The position numbers were made by a program, and so were the translations under genes. A DNA stretch of 64,000 nt from Bigelowiella natans CCMP2755 (Eukaryota; Protista; Cercozoa), in the NCBI GenBank assembly GCA_000320545.1, contig ADNK01001423.1:17174-81173 (forward strand), given 5' to 3'. Shown one piece after another: positions 36,891-50,805 of the stretch (within the stretch, counting starts at the first letter, position 1; every line of letters begins with the position of its first letter). The notes beneath the pieces were generated by a model. That model saw nothing but the letters and a program-made list of their open reading frames with translations, was not told the DNA's origin and did not search any database.

Positions 36891-38929
36891 TAATACCTTA
36901 GGATAGAATGGCCCAGCACCCTTATGAGGAATCGTTGCAATCCACGCATACGACTACTTACGAATTCAGCTTGGAATCTTCCTAAAACGGCCTTCTCAGG
37001 AAGGGGGGGTATGATGTAGCCAGGGTACCTACGGGGTATGGAAGAAGAAGAAGAACAACAACAACAACAATAAAAGAAATGATTATCATGAGCAGGGCAA
37101 CATATCATGCCATAGTTAGCAAGTACTTCACGTTAATTGTTCAATTGTCTCCTTCCTCTATGGCATCCGAAAATAATTCCGTGGTCATGCACTGCTGCTG
37201 CAATGTGAATGAAGCTCCTGTGGCCCTCTCCTCCCCCTCTTCTATGTTTTTACGAACTTGGATTCGAGAGTATGCTTGAGCCACACAAAGTCGCTATAAC
37301 GGCGAAACACCCGTACTTGTTCCAATTTATGGTGCTGGTGCTCCTCCTCTTCCTCCTCGTCGGCATCATCATGTTTTCCACCAGCAAATGACACAACGAT
37401 CGTGTACATCTAAATGATGAGGGGCAACCAAATAAAGGAAGGCATAAATTATCTACGCCTCAAAACAAAGAGGGCTACATCGAGCAGCATCGTCACCACC
37501 ACCATCACCACAGCCGCTACTGCAACAAGTACTACAACTACTACTTGTACACTACTACTACTACCATGTAGCTTCTATATCGGTCCACGTGCTTCGACGG
37601 ATCTAACAAACAAGTGGTAACAACCAAAAGATACTATTATCGACTCAATTATGATAAAGGATGATTCTTCAAGGCATTATCAAAAATTTATTAGGTCTTA
37701 AAGACATTTGTTCTTTCAGCCTTTCCTGTATTACCGCACACTCGGACCGATGAAGCTATGGGAAGGGTGTGGTACCTCAGAGTTCCCCTCGCTCGATCTA
37801 AACGAAAACATAATAATTCAATATATTTTCAATGACAACGATACGATTGGCATTGACAATTCATTCGTCGTCTTCCTTTCTTTCTTTCTTTCTATCATAG
37901 CAGCACCTTTCTCTTCTTGCATTCCTTCTCTCAATTTCGTCTTATGCATTGTCAATCCATCCTTCACCACATCTCTTGAGATATGTATAATGTCGTTATT
38001 GATGGCGGTGGTGGTGTCATTAGGATCAGAAGCAGCAGCACTGGTTTCGGTGACATCATTCACCACGTTTCGGGAATTTAGCGAAGCATGAGACTCGCCT
38101 TTAAGCTCGTTTGCAGCTACCACATCAATGGGATCTTCCACGATGCGTTTTTTCTCTTCATTACACGTAGCGCTCTCCTCTCTCATAGTTGCTGCTGCTA
38201 TTACGTGCTTGGTCTGTGATGATGAGAACCAACCCCTCAAACCGGAACAAAGGAGGAGGATGATAAGGAGAAGTGGGGTTTACGTGGTGGTGTATGACAG
38301 TACATTTTTACGTATTATTTGGCTGATAATCGAGTCGCAGTCAACCTTGACAAGCGATTTGTTGAAAGAATAACAATCCCCCGAATACTACCGGATACTC
38401 ACTACATGTGTGCCAATAACTCGGGGTAAGAATTGAAAGGAACTTAATGATGATGATGATGATGATGATGATAAGGAGGAGGAGGAGGAGAAGGCTGTGA
38501 TCAACAGCAGCAAATGGACTCCACCGTTGCTACTACCTGAAATTACGACTACACGACTACAGTACCGTAGCAGCAGGTCCCTATTACCTTAGAAAATTCC
38601 TTCTCCACTTCCACATCTCGTACTGTTATTAATATTCACATTCCTAACTCTAGCCTATCCACGAATAATGAGCGGTGCAAGTGATGACTGGCACACTGTG
38701 TCGCTGAGAAGGACTGAGGAAGAGCTCAGGTCAGTTGCTCTGTTCAAAACCACCACCACGAAAGGATAGTGTCACAATTATATCTAAAATAGATATGAAA
38801 TAGGCCTAAATTGAACACCAAAAAGGAGCTCTTCAACACGCCATCAAGGAAGGATGGCATCGATGAGAAAACTGAAAACAAGATTAGGAGGTTTGTGCTT
38901 CCTCCACCTCCTCCTTCTCCTCCTCTCAC
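34227..38929 (-). CDS. Sorting nexin, PX + BAR type (SNX1/Vps5-like); many exons, 5' end approximate
   Basis: PX motifs VFRRYSDFVWLKHTLESK (about 37260-37318) and YPGYIIPPLPEKAVLGRFQAEFVSSRMRGLQRFLIRVLGHSILR (about 36895-37035). BAR helices SELEHLFSS...ELLERRKEEG, SIENFAEPLK, LDAIKAASTAD. Final exon DIKHALRSFVQLQIKEAEATAQAWKSVL...* at 34227. Confidence 0.85.
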
Positions 38930-38997
38930 TTCTAGCCCTCATTCGTAATCATCGACTATGACGACTTCTCATGACCCTATTATTCTGATGAAAGGGG

Positions 38998-39001
<4 letters not shown>

Positions 39002-39051
<50 letters not shown>
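39002..39051. repeat. (GA)n microsatellite in the SNX / cyclin divergent region
   Basis: Uninterrupted GA run of about 50 bp. Confidence 0.93.
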
Positions 39052-39053
<2 letters not shown>

Positions 39054-39136
39054 AAAACGACAACCTAATCTAGTGGTTATTGTAGAGAAATTTTAAATTT
39101 GGTTGCGTTATAAACAATGTGCCTGAATAAATACAG

Positions 39137-41008
39137 GAAATCTGTCGCTTTAATTCAAGAAGCTGGGATCCGGCTAGAACTGTACGATGATACGAAGAAC
39201 TTGAATAATACCCTAACTACTACATTTACACCAACTACACTACTTTCTTATCAATGCAATCAACAACTATATATGATAAGGGTCCTATTATGTCGCAAAG
39301 ATGATGATACTTACTTTTAGAGTTTGATCATTTTCGCCACCACCCCAGCACACTTCTGATGTAGTACCAATTTTGAACTACTACTACTACTCTGATCTGA
39401 ACGACAAAGTGGAGAATCACTCAAGAAAAGATGAATGCTTCCAAATTCCTCCAGATCTGTTCTATTTCTCTGATTTTCGTTTTCAATAATTTCTTTCTTT
39501 TGTTCTTTGAGAAAGGCCGTGCCAAGCAATCTGCACGGCAATTCACTTCTTCCATCAGTTCTATGCCAAATGTAGCCTCAAAAAGTATCCGCATTTGGTA
39601 GGTATTAGCTACTAGTTTTGAAGGAGAATCTATTAGTCGGTAGTTTTAAAGGAGAATGAACCAATTGCTTCAAAACAAGTTGGATTGTGATGTTGATGTT
39701 TATAATGATGATTATTATGATTACGATGGATTGCTTCATATCACCACGATCATCATCATCATCATCATCATTATTATCATCATCTTCCCGTACATTTGCT
39801 GTATGCACAATACAGCTGACTGCCCAAACCTGTCTCTTTCTGGCCTCAAAAGTAGAAGAAACGAGTAGGAGGATCAGAGGTGGTTCATGCGTTAATTGAT
39901 TTGATACATATTAGTAATAATTATCAAGTTGTCATATTACTCTAGATTCGATAATAATAATAATTATTATTATTAACAAATAATAATAGATGTAATGAAT
40001 ACCACATACCGGTTGCGACACCCAGACAAGCCCCCTCTTCAAGTCACCGACACGGAGGTGGGTATAAGTACTGCAACGATTCATAGTTTTCTTATCATCA
40101 AACGACAACAACAACAACAACTGCTAACACACACCAGGGCTATTGGCAAATGAAGGATACCGTCGTGAGACATGAGCAGCTTGTGCTTAGAGTCTTGGGG
40201 TTCAATATGTCATCGCGACATCCCCATCAGTATGCATTGCATTTTCTACAGGATCTTAATGGTTATTACTTATATTCGTACATGACGTTGTTACATGATG
40301 AATCATGATGACGATGATGATGATGATGATGACTGCTGATAATCATCAATAACCATCAAGAAAATGCTCATAATAACCGGATGAGTCGCCTCCCTTTCTC
40401 ACTCACCCTCTTTCTTCCCCCCCCCCTTCCTCTCTCTCTATGTATGTGTGGATGTGGGTGTGCTGAGCATGTGGCATCATCATCCATCATTTCAGTGGGA
40501 AAATCTATTTGATTTTGCAGGACGTAAGAATAGCGAATGATTTCTTGGTCTTCTTCTCGTTGTTGTTGTTATTGTTTGTCTCTCATCATACGGAGTCAGG
40601 TTCCGAGGAATTAGCCATTCTTACATGGAGTCTGCTCAATGATAGGTATTGTTTGTTAATTGATAATAATAATGTACAACAACAAAAGCAACTCGATAAA
40701 ATGCTAAGATTGAAAGGCTAAACAGCAGTTGCAAATGATAAAAAGAAGAAGAAGAAGAAGAAGAAGAAGAAGAAGAAGAAGAAGACTGCGTCGTCGTCTT
40801 GTAGCCGTGTGCTTTTTGTGCTTAGTGACCCGTGTCTCCTTCTATCTCATATATAATATGATGTAGTTGATAAGTGCTGAATCTATCGTCGTCGTGATCT
40901 TACCTACATACTACGACTACATTGCAGCCTTCGTACGACTCTCTGTCTTCAGTACAAGCCCGGTAGGTCTTTCTTTAGTCCCTCCCCCCATCTCTCTCTC
41001 CTCTCTCT

Positions 41009-41057
<49 letters not shown>

Positions 41058-41713
41058 CACATCGAAAAAGAGAGGAAAGGGGATGTGTGTATTTGGATGA
41101 TCATTTGTTATGTTAACAGAGATGCTATTTTGCGATCGAAAATTATTATATTCGTGATTATAATCACCATCAAATTGTTTTTCATCATCATCATCAGAAC
41201 CTATTGCATGCGCCGCAATATATCTTGCAGCTGAGATGATGAACCAGCAGGTTGTGATCATCATTTCTTCCGAAGAAAAACCCATCATCATCGAAGAAAT
41301 CAATTAATCAATTTGTTTATTCTCATTTTTTAACTCCAATATTAAAATATAAAGTGCATGCAAGTTATGATTCTAAAGTGTAGGAAATATTGATGATACT
41401 GCTACTTCTACTAGATATAGTACACATCATCAACATCATCATCATCATCATCATCATCATAATGACATCATTCTTAGATTGGGCGTGATGGAGAATGGTG
41501 GCACAAGTTCGGCACAAATCGTCATGAAATTGAAGATATTTGCATGCAGGTGATGCTTGCTGTATAGCAAGTACTGATACAGAATGATGCAATCAGTGGA
41601 TACATGGATGGATACATGCATAATTTTCAATAAATGCCAACTCCTTTTCGCTCTCTCTTTCTCTCTGTCTTCCTCTTCTCTTCCTCTTTTCTTCCATACC
41701 TAGCTGCACGTAA

Positions 41714-41758
<45 letters not shown>

Positions 41759-41824
41759 TCTTTCACACAAATACACACGCACATATTTTTTTTATCATAT
41801 AGTATATATGTATAAATACAAATA

Positions 41825-41860
<36 letters not shown>

Positions 41861-42074
41861 TATTTTACGTGTACAATTTTCACTCACTCTCCAATGTATT
41901 TTCACCTTTCGACAGATGCTGAACTTATACGAGGAAAGCGATTCTGTTTTGTGTGAGGCGGACATGGGTAGCAATCTTAAATATAAGGATCTTTTCTCAG
42001 AGAAGAATATCTCGCTTAAAGTAGCAGTCCCTGCCGATCGTAAGCAGTCCAAGAATTCAAAGCTAGATTCATAG
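39137..42074 (+). CDS. CCNQ: Cyclin Q (FAM58/cyclin M)-like transcriptional cyclin; many short exons, first exon not resolved
   Basis: Exons: KSVALIQEAGIRLEL; FYAKCSLKKYP; TAQTCLFLASKVEETSRRIR; YWQMKDTVVRHEQLVLRVLGFNMSSRHPHQYALHFLQDL; LAILTWSLLNDS; TTLCLQYKP|EPIACAAIYLA; WWHKFGTNRHEIEDICMQ|MLNLYEE...DS*. The YW-x-KD-x-VV-x-HE-x-LVLRVL-x-F motif fits cyclin Q better than cyclin K/L, from recollection. Confidence 0.8.
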
Positions 42075-42930
42075 CAGAACGAGATTCTGGTGGCAGCAGC
42101 AAGAGTCTAACATGAAAATGTTGCATTCTTTTTGTCGTAGCATGCACGAAAACAGTTGAGTAATTGATTTACATTTGCCTCTGGATACAGTCGACATTAG
42201 AGCAGGATACTAATAGCTTGCAATTTTCCTTCTCATTCATTGAAATAATTCGCCGAGACTCACGCCGCTAACATGCTGCACCATACTAGCATAGAATGCG
42301 TGCATATTTCACAACACACAATTAAAATGTGGCCAATGGGCGACCCTCTATTTCCGGCTCCTGACAACTGGCACTCACAAGCATCATAATTAATTGCGAT
42401 GGCTAGCACGCGTCGTAGCTCGTAAGGCAAGTTTGCATCGCATATGCGCAATTTGCAATAATACCAAGGCGCTATAGTTAGCTAGCTAGCTAGTTATTAG
42501 TCTCCTACGTACAGGCCTTATAATACGATGCCCGAATTAGATACAATAACGACATAGAAAACATTGTTTAAATGAGATATTGGCGTTGTTATCGCCAGCG
42601 GCAACACTTTAACTTAGCGCATCGTAGCAAGCAAGCAAATGTGAAGGCGCGTACGCTTAACACAAGCCGAGCTCGTCACGCGCGACGCCTTCTAGCCTCG
42701 CTAGCTCGCAGCTAAGAGCACGTTTGTTGCCATGCATGCAGCATCATCACAATGCAATGAGAGAAGCTAGGAATGTGGAAGCATCGATCGCGCATTGCCT
42801 TATCATATAAAATAAATGCACTTATGCAACGGAGTATTTTATCGAGCTACTACTAGTACAAGTACTACTACTAGTAGCAGAAACTAATTTGTTTCAGATA
42901 CAACTATCTCTGCTTAAGAATCAACTTTTA
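42075..42930. repeat. Convergent spacer 6, cyclin / SSL1; palindrome-rich core about 42260-42800
   Basis: GCTAGCACGCGT, AGCTAGCTAGCTAG (about 42480), CTAGCCTCGCTAGCTCG, GCCATGCATGC. No long trinucleotide runs in the core despite microsatellite-rich flanking genes. Confidence 0.72.
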
Positions 42931-43251
42931 CTACATCGTCATCGATAAACAACCTAACAACAAATCATTGCAATTAACGCCTTAGCGAAAACCCACAGCC
43001 ATGCCATAATTCGACAAACACAGGCAAAAACACACAAACGCATAATGGCTATGTCTCTTCTCTTACAATAATAATAATAATGATAATAATGGTAGCTTGA
43101 ATGACCTGGGCAGTTATGCAACGATTCGTGGATATATATGTCGCAGTCCACACAGAAGCGTTCATTGCACTGAGATTAGTAGGGGGGCTGCTATTAGGAT
43201 TTCATAACATACATAAAAAATAATATTACAAATAAAATAAAAATGTCCATG

Positions 43252-43289
<38 letters not shown>

Positions 43290-46115
43290 GCCTCTGTGTG
43301 ATATGTTTGTTTGGTTACCTTTGGACATCTTACAACCACACGTTCGAAAGTATTTAATTTTCGTTGGCAACCAAAACAATCTCCTTCCCAGAAATGATGG
43401 AGCAGCTCATTGTTTTCTTCTTCTTCGCCTTGTACCTTTTTTCCTTCTTTCTTGTTCAAAGATATACTATTATTTACGCTTCTCTTATCTGCTGCTACGC
43501 CATTCCCATCGGCCCCTCCTTCATCAATTTTTCCTTTAATCTTTCCTGTAGCTACTGCACTCTGAACATCATCGCGAAGAACGAGGAGGAGGAGGAGGAG
43601 GATCACACACCATCATCATAATCATCATCATCATCATCACTATGGTCATCCATGTCATCACTACTATACCAACGGAGGAACACACGACCGAGAATGAATC
43701 AAATAAGGAAAAGGGTGATTGATAATAAAGGGAAAATATAATGAGACTACTGGCTACGCGGGTTCTTCTTCTTCTTCTTCTTCTCCTCCCTCTCTTTCTT
43801 CTCCTCATTTTCTCCCAACCAACCAACTAAATCTTTCCTTTGCCATAACCACTACTATGACATTTACAAGATCTTGCTTATTCTTTTTCATATTCCTCCC
43901 CACATGCACACTACTACTACTACTACTACTACTACTATGTTCAAACTGCTATTCTTATTGATAGTACTTGCGGTAGAGAAGGACGAGGAGGAGGAGTCTT
44001 GTTTATTTCCACAAATTCATTCACAGGAAATAAGTGGTGGTAGCAACGGGCAAGATGTTGTGATGACACCTTATTATTATTATAATTCTTAATATCAATC
44101 TTCATTCTTGATTCGTTCAGAAGAGGATATCACGGGTAATAACATGACTCAGGAGATTCAATTGACATATGACGATGATGATGATGATGATGATGATTGA
44201 TGATGAGGATGATGCTTCTGCAGCAGGACATATATGGCACGAAACAAGAGCAAGAAAGGACAAAGATAGAATCATCGGTGAGAACAGTTCAAGTGATGAT
44301 GATAGCAGCGTAAAAATTTTATTTGAGATTATCATACATGACGATAACGACAAGTGATAGCGTAAACATTTTCATTGAGATTATGATACATGACGATGAC
44401 ACAAGAACAACAAACAACACAGGGATAATGTAAGAAACAAATGCTGATAAAAAATGTCTTCTTCTTCTTCTTATTATTATTTCTTTTCTTGTTACGAGTG
44501 TTCTTCCGCAGATGTGGCAAGTTGTCGGCAATTCGCACGACTTCGATTTGCATTTTGGACAAAAATAGCCGGTGTAACTGAACTCATCGTGGCACTGATA
44601 GTAGTAGTAGAAGTAGCAGGAGCAGCAGTAGTAGTAGTAGTAGTAATAGTAGCAGAAGTAGCGTTGAAAATATTAGAATCAACATCATCATCACAATCAT
44701 GTGCGGTATTGCGGCATGATAATATCTGTTGTAGCAGTAGCAATTCTACTGGATAAAGCTTACACTGCATAGGGTCGGGTAGTTGGTAGTTTTCTTCCTT
44801 GGAAACCCCATTCGAATCCATTTCCTTAACTTTCGGCCAGTACCAGCGCCCTGAGTCAGTCACAGTCAGTGATTCGTTGCAATATACATCATGTTTGTTC
44901 TTTGAATACTACGAGATTATATGAATAGTTGTGGGGGAAAGAACAAAGTAGACCACGATACAAACTAAGAACAAAATAGATCACGATACAAACTAAAAGG
45001 GCAAAATCATCAATTAAATGATGCGAATGTTGATAGAGGAGCGGACGACTTTCCTACAGCGGAAGAGACACGATTCCTTTCTCCCTCCTCTCTATCTTCT
45101 TCGTGATTATTATTCGTGATAATCTCTTCCATGCACTACTCCAAGATGTATAATCCTTCTTCATCTGTCTTCTACCTGTTGGTTGGTAGAGGAAATCTCG
45201 ATTCCAAATGGCTTTACATGTGCAAGTACACAGTCCTCGTAGCAGTTGTCCGAAGAAGTCTGGCTGCTCTTTCTCACGACGTCGTAGCGACCTAGTAGTA
45301 GTAGTAGCAGTGATAGTGAGACATAACACATATCATATTCATTCATCACCACTATGAGATCAGAGAGATGGTACACCTACCAGCTCCTCCCTACACTGCT
45401 ACATCTACAGCAACTACATATTAATTCTAAATGTTATCATTATTGTTGTAAATTACTACCTTTTGTGCATTCAGTGAGCTTCTTACATACATGCATCTGC
45501 GCCGCAAGACCGATCACTGAGACTCTAACGAAAAGGAATTGGAACAATAATATTACATGTTAAAGAAAGAGAAAATGTCAATATTATTTACCATATATTC
45601 AATCTATCTTCTGCGTGAAGGGCGACGACGACACCGACGACGACAAGCTATTATCATTACAGGTGTCGTCGTAATTGATCATACATAGTCACACCACCAC
45701 CTTATCTTGTGTTCCTGTAGCGTCTTAAAGGTCTCAAAGATATTTCCAGGATCGCAAGTACTCAATGACCCCATCACGACCAGAATCTTTAATTAAATAA
45801 CGTTAGTACCAATACCACTGTTTTTTTCCATTTATTTTCACCGCCTCGTCCTTTCCCTTCTACAACAACTTATTTCTATTACCTCCCGACTGCCGTATGG
45901 AGGAATATGTCGCAACGATGCAATAGCACACTCAAGCGTATTCTGAAGTGAGAATTCTCCTCCGGAGTGCAAATAGCCTTTGGTGACTCGCTTTAGATTC
46001 AAGAGTTGCTGTGTTGGATTTCCAGAGAGCTCAGTGATCTTGTGCGCTATCCTGTCACATCCAATCACAAGGCCTGGCAGTACAAAATTAATCACGGGAC
46101 TATAACAACTCGCAA

Positions 46116-46148
<33 letters not shown>

Positions 46149-46880
46149 GAAGTTTGTTCATATTATTATTCTTTATAGAATTAAGTACTACCTAGCTGAG
46201 AGATAGGGTTTTGGTTGAAGTACTCCTTAATAAACTTGCTAATAACTTTCTCGGTCGCAAGCTTCCTCGTCGGCTTTAAGTCTCGTGAATTCATAGCTAA
46301 TCATGAATAATGCATAGATTGAGTACATATAAGGAATGCACGTCTGTACTTCATCAACTAACGGTTTATTGACTTTTCTTTCACGAGTAGAATCAGCGAA
46401 CAACCACACTACTCACCTTTTGAAAAGTCAAGAATGATCGTGAGGTATCTGACCATTCCTTTCTCTACGTTCTCTAGTCGTGATATCTTCATCCTATTTG
46501 AAACCATCCATCGTGACCAATCCAACCACCCACACACACGCACAAGCGGCCATTGTTATAAATTTGAAGGGATGTTAAATAATATAATTTAAGCATAACG
46601 AGGGAACACAATCAATTGCAGATTCTAGCTGTACACATACATACCTCTTCCTCTTCTCGCGATCGATGCTGATCTGCCTCGCCTTCAGCTCTCCTTTGCG
46701 GCTCTCTGGGACGTTCTCCCATGTCCGTTCAAGGTCGCGCTCCCATGCGTGATTATCCTCCTTAGTCAGCATACAAGCTTCAATATTGAGCCAGAACGTA
46801 GTATGATCGTTTAGCTGTTATTATTACCTCAACATCCGAGTCTATAAGATCTACGAAGTTCTTGTGGAACTCCGTTGGGT
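42931..46880 (-). CDS. GTF2H2: TFIIH subunit p44 (GTF2H2/SSL1); multi-exon, first exon(s) unresolved upstream
   Basis: HAWERDLERTWENV; MVRYLTIILDFSK|AMNSRDLKPTR...KEYFNQNPISQLG; KITELSGNP; GEFSLQNTL...HIPPYGSRE|ILVVMGSLSTCDPGNIF (vWA domain); CKSKSCELPTTCHICGRTLV; CFGCQ; FCVDCDIYIHESLHNCPG|CLSMTM*. Confidence 0.93.
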
Positions 46881-47914
46881 TGTTGAACTTCGTTGAAGGA
46901 AGGAAGGAAGGAAGGAAGGAAGGAAGGGGAGAAAAGGTTAATGATAATGCTTATAGCACGAGCATCAGTATAAGTAAGGATGAGACTGCACACTTGCTGC
47001 TCTACTAGGAACTGCCTGTCCTTTCCTCTCTTCTCAGTGGGGTGGTGGATTGTGCCCTTTCTCTCTTTTCATTTTTTGTGTTCGGGGTCATGGATTGTTC
47101 CCTTTCTTCCTTTTATTTTTGTGTTTGATCTAAATTATTTGGTGAAACGATAATGTTTCTCCTCTCGCATGCATACAACGCTGCTACTTAAAAGCATTAA
47201 AAACTTCTTCGTCACTTCGTATCTGTCAGCCCCCTTGCCGTCTGCCCCGTGCTGATCCATCATTCCACTCTTCGTGTCCAAGAAACCTCTACGTCTTTAC
47301 TTAAGCCGTCTTTGCCTAAGTTTTGCATGTAGCTCTGAGAGTTTGAAGTGTTTACCGAGTTAAAAATTCTGCCACTTGTCAGGTTAGAAGGAGAGTCCGT
47401 CCCTAGTTATTTTCATGATGCAGAAGGTCTCAACATACCATTCTTGCGAAATTCGTATTGTGGGTGTGTTGATGAATTCTCTGGTTTCAATAGGCGTCGG
47501 GTTACTCCATTTGTTCGTAGAGGAGAATGGAAAATGTTCAAGGACAGCCGTCGTGAACTTATTGTTGTTGTTGTTGTTGTTAGTTATTCTGTTCGTCCTT
47601 GTTGTTGTTGTTGTCGTTGTCGTTGTTGTTGTTGCTGTTGTTTCTATTAGGTTTCAAAATAATGTTGAAGATTTCCTAGGATTTCCTACCAAAGAATGTG
47701 CCTCTGTCTGCCGGTTCTGCTAGCTGCTGTTGCTGCTATTTTCCCCCACACACACACCACTGTGTAGGTAGGTACTCCTAGTAGTAGTAGTAGTAGATCT
47801 AGTAGTAGTAGTAGTAGTAGTAGTAGCACGCAGATCTACTACTTGCTGTGTGTTCTTCTCCTTTCTTTTTGGCTCACAACACAACTTCTGTCGTCACCAT
47901 TTACTACTTCGAAT

Positions 47915-48030
47915 CTCACAACAATGTATGATGTCGTTCCCATCAAATCAATGGGGATTTCCTGCCCTCACAACAATGTATGATGTCGTTCCCATCAAAT
48001 CAAAGGGGATTTCCTAGGATTTCCTGCCCT
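47915..48030. repeat. Tandem duplication with 52-bp period (2 copies)
   Basis: CTCACAACAATGTATGATGTCGTTCCCATCAAATCAA(T/A)GGGGATTTCCT starts at 47915 and again at 47967. Confidence 0.9.
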
Positions 48031-48343
48031 CGAAAAAGCCTTCCACGTGAGTTGAGATCTCCTCACATACAGACAGAGAGAGAGAGGTGAAGGACCCCTT
48101 CTACCTCACCTCTATAAAGAGGTCGCTCTCCCTCAACGAATCAGGGGTTCGGTGGTTGCGGCACCTGCACCCATAATCCATTTCATCCTATTATTTGGAA
48201 GAAAAGGTGAGAAAGACCAATCTTATTTACATAGTAGCCTTCATATCTGGGTGCTCCTTGGTAGTTAGCGCTTCTGGGATACAGTCACATAGATACATAT
48301 TTTTGAACGCACGTATGAACGCACGCACGCACGCACGTACGCA

Positions 48344-48379
<36 letters not shown>

Positions 48380-48462
48380 GAAAGAAAGAAAGAGAAGAGA
48401 GAGAGAGAGAGATGTCTTGATGTAAGTAAGAAAAGGATATCCTCCTTAGGTGTAGTTCTGCA

Positions 48463-48699
48463 ATGGGAGCGGGCTCTTCCTCTAGTTCAGAAGGATGGAA
48501 AGGCATGGATAGAGTGGACGAGAAAGCACATACATCCCCCCAAAAACAAAAGATCCTAATGGATCTGTATAAAGCCTATGCGAGGACCGATCACATTGGT
48601 TTGTTTGTAGGATAATTACAAAGCCACTGACTGCTGCAGCGCTAATGCTTACAATAAGATGATGAGGATGATGATAACTATAGTGATTAACTGGCTGAC

Positions 48700-48734
<35 letters not shown>

Positions 48735-49750
48735 CATAGATATGGGAGGACTTTTAAAATTTTCATTTTAGATGCTATACACCAGATGACCAACTGCATC
48801 CATACTATAATTAGATGCTACCCACCAGCATGACCAACTGCGTCCATACTATAATTAGATGCTACCCATCAGCATGACCAACTGCATCCATACTATAATT
48901 AGGCAAGTCGCGGACACGCGACTTTGCAAGGGATTTGGTGCGATGGCATGTTAAAAAGAAACATCTTCGTGGCGATGATATCGACGTGAAAAAGGAGGTA
49001 GCTAGCTAGCACAGGGTGGTGCAAGGGGGGAGGATAAGGAGGAAGAAGGGAAGTAGTAAAAGGTGGTAGTGACGGAATTAACAAAATATTCATTCTAAAT
49101 CGATGATGGGGTTCTTCTCGTATCCTGTTGGTAAAAAAATGAGCGGCCAACCGCAGTATCCAGTCGCTACAACCTAGTCATTCTAGCTGCACTCCCTAAT
49201 AATGCTGAGATGTACATCTCGGTTGATCTCAAAATTTACAACTTCCACATACTACATACATCTAGGTTTATCGGATAATCAATTTCTTCGACGTGGGTAG
49301 AGAGGGTAGAATTTATAAAGGAGCTCTTTTAACGCAAGTGGGAGGACAGGTGCTGCTGAACTACAACTTTAACCACACTTACAACCGTCGGAGGACTCAA
49401 CACGTTCTACAGGCAACAATGCATGTAAGAGTAGTAGTAGTAGTAGTAGTAATGTGATCTGAGCTGCTCGCTGATGATGACAACTAACTAAAATTTGGAT
49501 GATGAATCAATCACTAGAATGCTTCGTTGAGGCTACTACTACTACTATTACTTTGAATTTCTTATACTGCTGCTGTGATTGGGTATTTATTATTATGAAA
49601 TAACAGGACATATTAGGGAAAAAGGAGGTGGAGATTATTCTCTCTTACACGCAAGAATGGGGACACCACAAGGGAGCCTATATCGGGTGGGTGGGTTGTT
49701 GCCTAATTTTCGCCGACGTGCATGTTTGAATTCATTCTCTATTATTTAGA

Positions 49751-49793
<43 letters not shown>

Positions 49794-50312
49794 TCTCTCT
49801 CACACACACACACACACAACGCATAAACAAATTTCCTCCTCTAAGAAAAATTCCGATGATAAATGCAATGGTTGGTTCCCTCCACTGGGAATAGATATGG
49901 AGTCAAAAATGGATATTGGCGTAATGGGTGGGGGTGGGATACGTTCAATACGGCCACTCCCCACAAATCACACGCAAGAAGTCACGGGAGAAAGGGAGAT
50001 GGTCTCAGTCACTGGTTAGCGATATGATAATATCAATAATACTGATGATGATGAGCATAACGAAAATGACGACAATGATGACAACATAACATATCAATAT
50101 AAGGATGAGTAATGTGATGATAAACTACAACAACAACAACAATTAGGTCTTGCTGTGGTAACGTAGACAAATTCGACAAGTTTTGCTACAACTACAGCAT
50201 ACCACTAGTACAACCACCATCACCACTGTCATCATCATCATCAGCAGCAGCAGCAGCAGTGCCAATTTATTCTTCACGTGCGGTAGTTGCTGATCCACCG
50301 CCTATTGGACCC

Positions 50313-50345
<33 letters not shown>

Positions 50346-50719
50346 TCGCACCGATATAAAGCAGCAGTAGCAGTAGGTCCATCATCACCATCTTCATCAT
50401 CCTCTTCCAGGGCCAATAATAGCCAGGTATATAGCTTGTACAACAACTTGTTCATCACCAACACCACCACCACCACCAGCATTAATTTACCGTACTAGAT
50501 AGAAAGCTTGCTTCTAAGATTATTGCCAAACTTGAATAATAAAGTCGATTTATCACTATGACTATGACTATCACTGTCTTAATCTCTATCTATCTTTTTA
50601 ACTGCTGCTGCTGTGATTGAGGTCTCACCTCCTGAGAATGAAGCACGTTTGAGCCCAATAGTTCTTCCTCGTGTAGCTAGAAAGGTAATGATATTAAGAA
50701 CATAACATTACTATATTAT

Positions 50720-50756
<37 letters not shown>

Positions 50757-50763
50757 TTCCACA

Positions 50764-50805
<42 letters not shown>

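Noticed and set aside
1-46880. Apparent cluster of genome-maintenance genes (SMC1, RAD50, TFIIH p44, cyclin Q)
   Set aside because: They are interspersed with unrelated trafficking, splicing and signalling genes. There is no evidence of a functional cluster beyond chance.
48769-48902. Possible CRISPR-like array
   Set aside because: Units abut directly with no unique spacers, the context is a eukaryotic intron, and there are no cas genes. It is a minisatellite.
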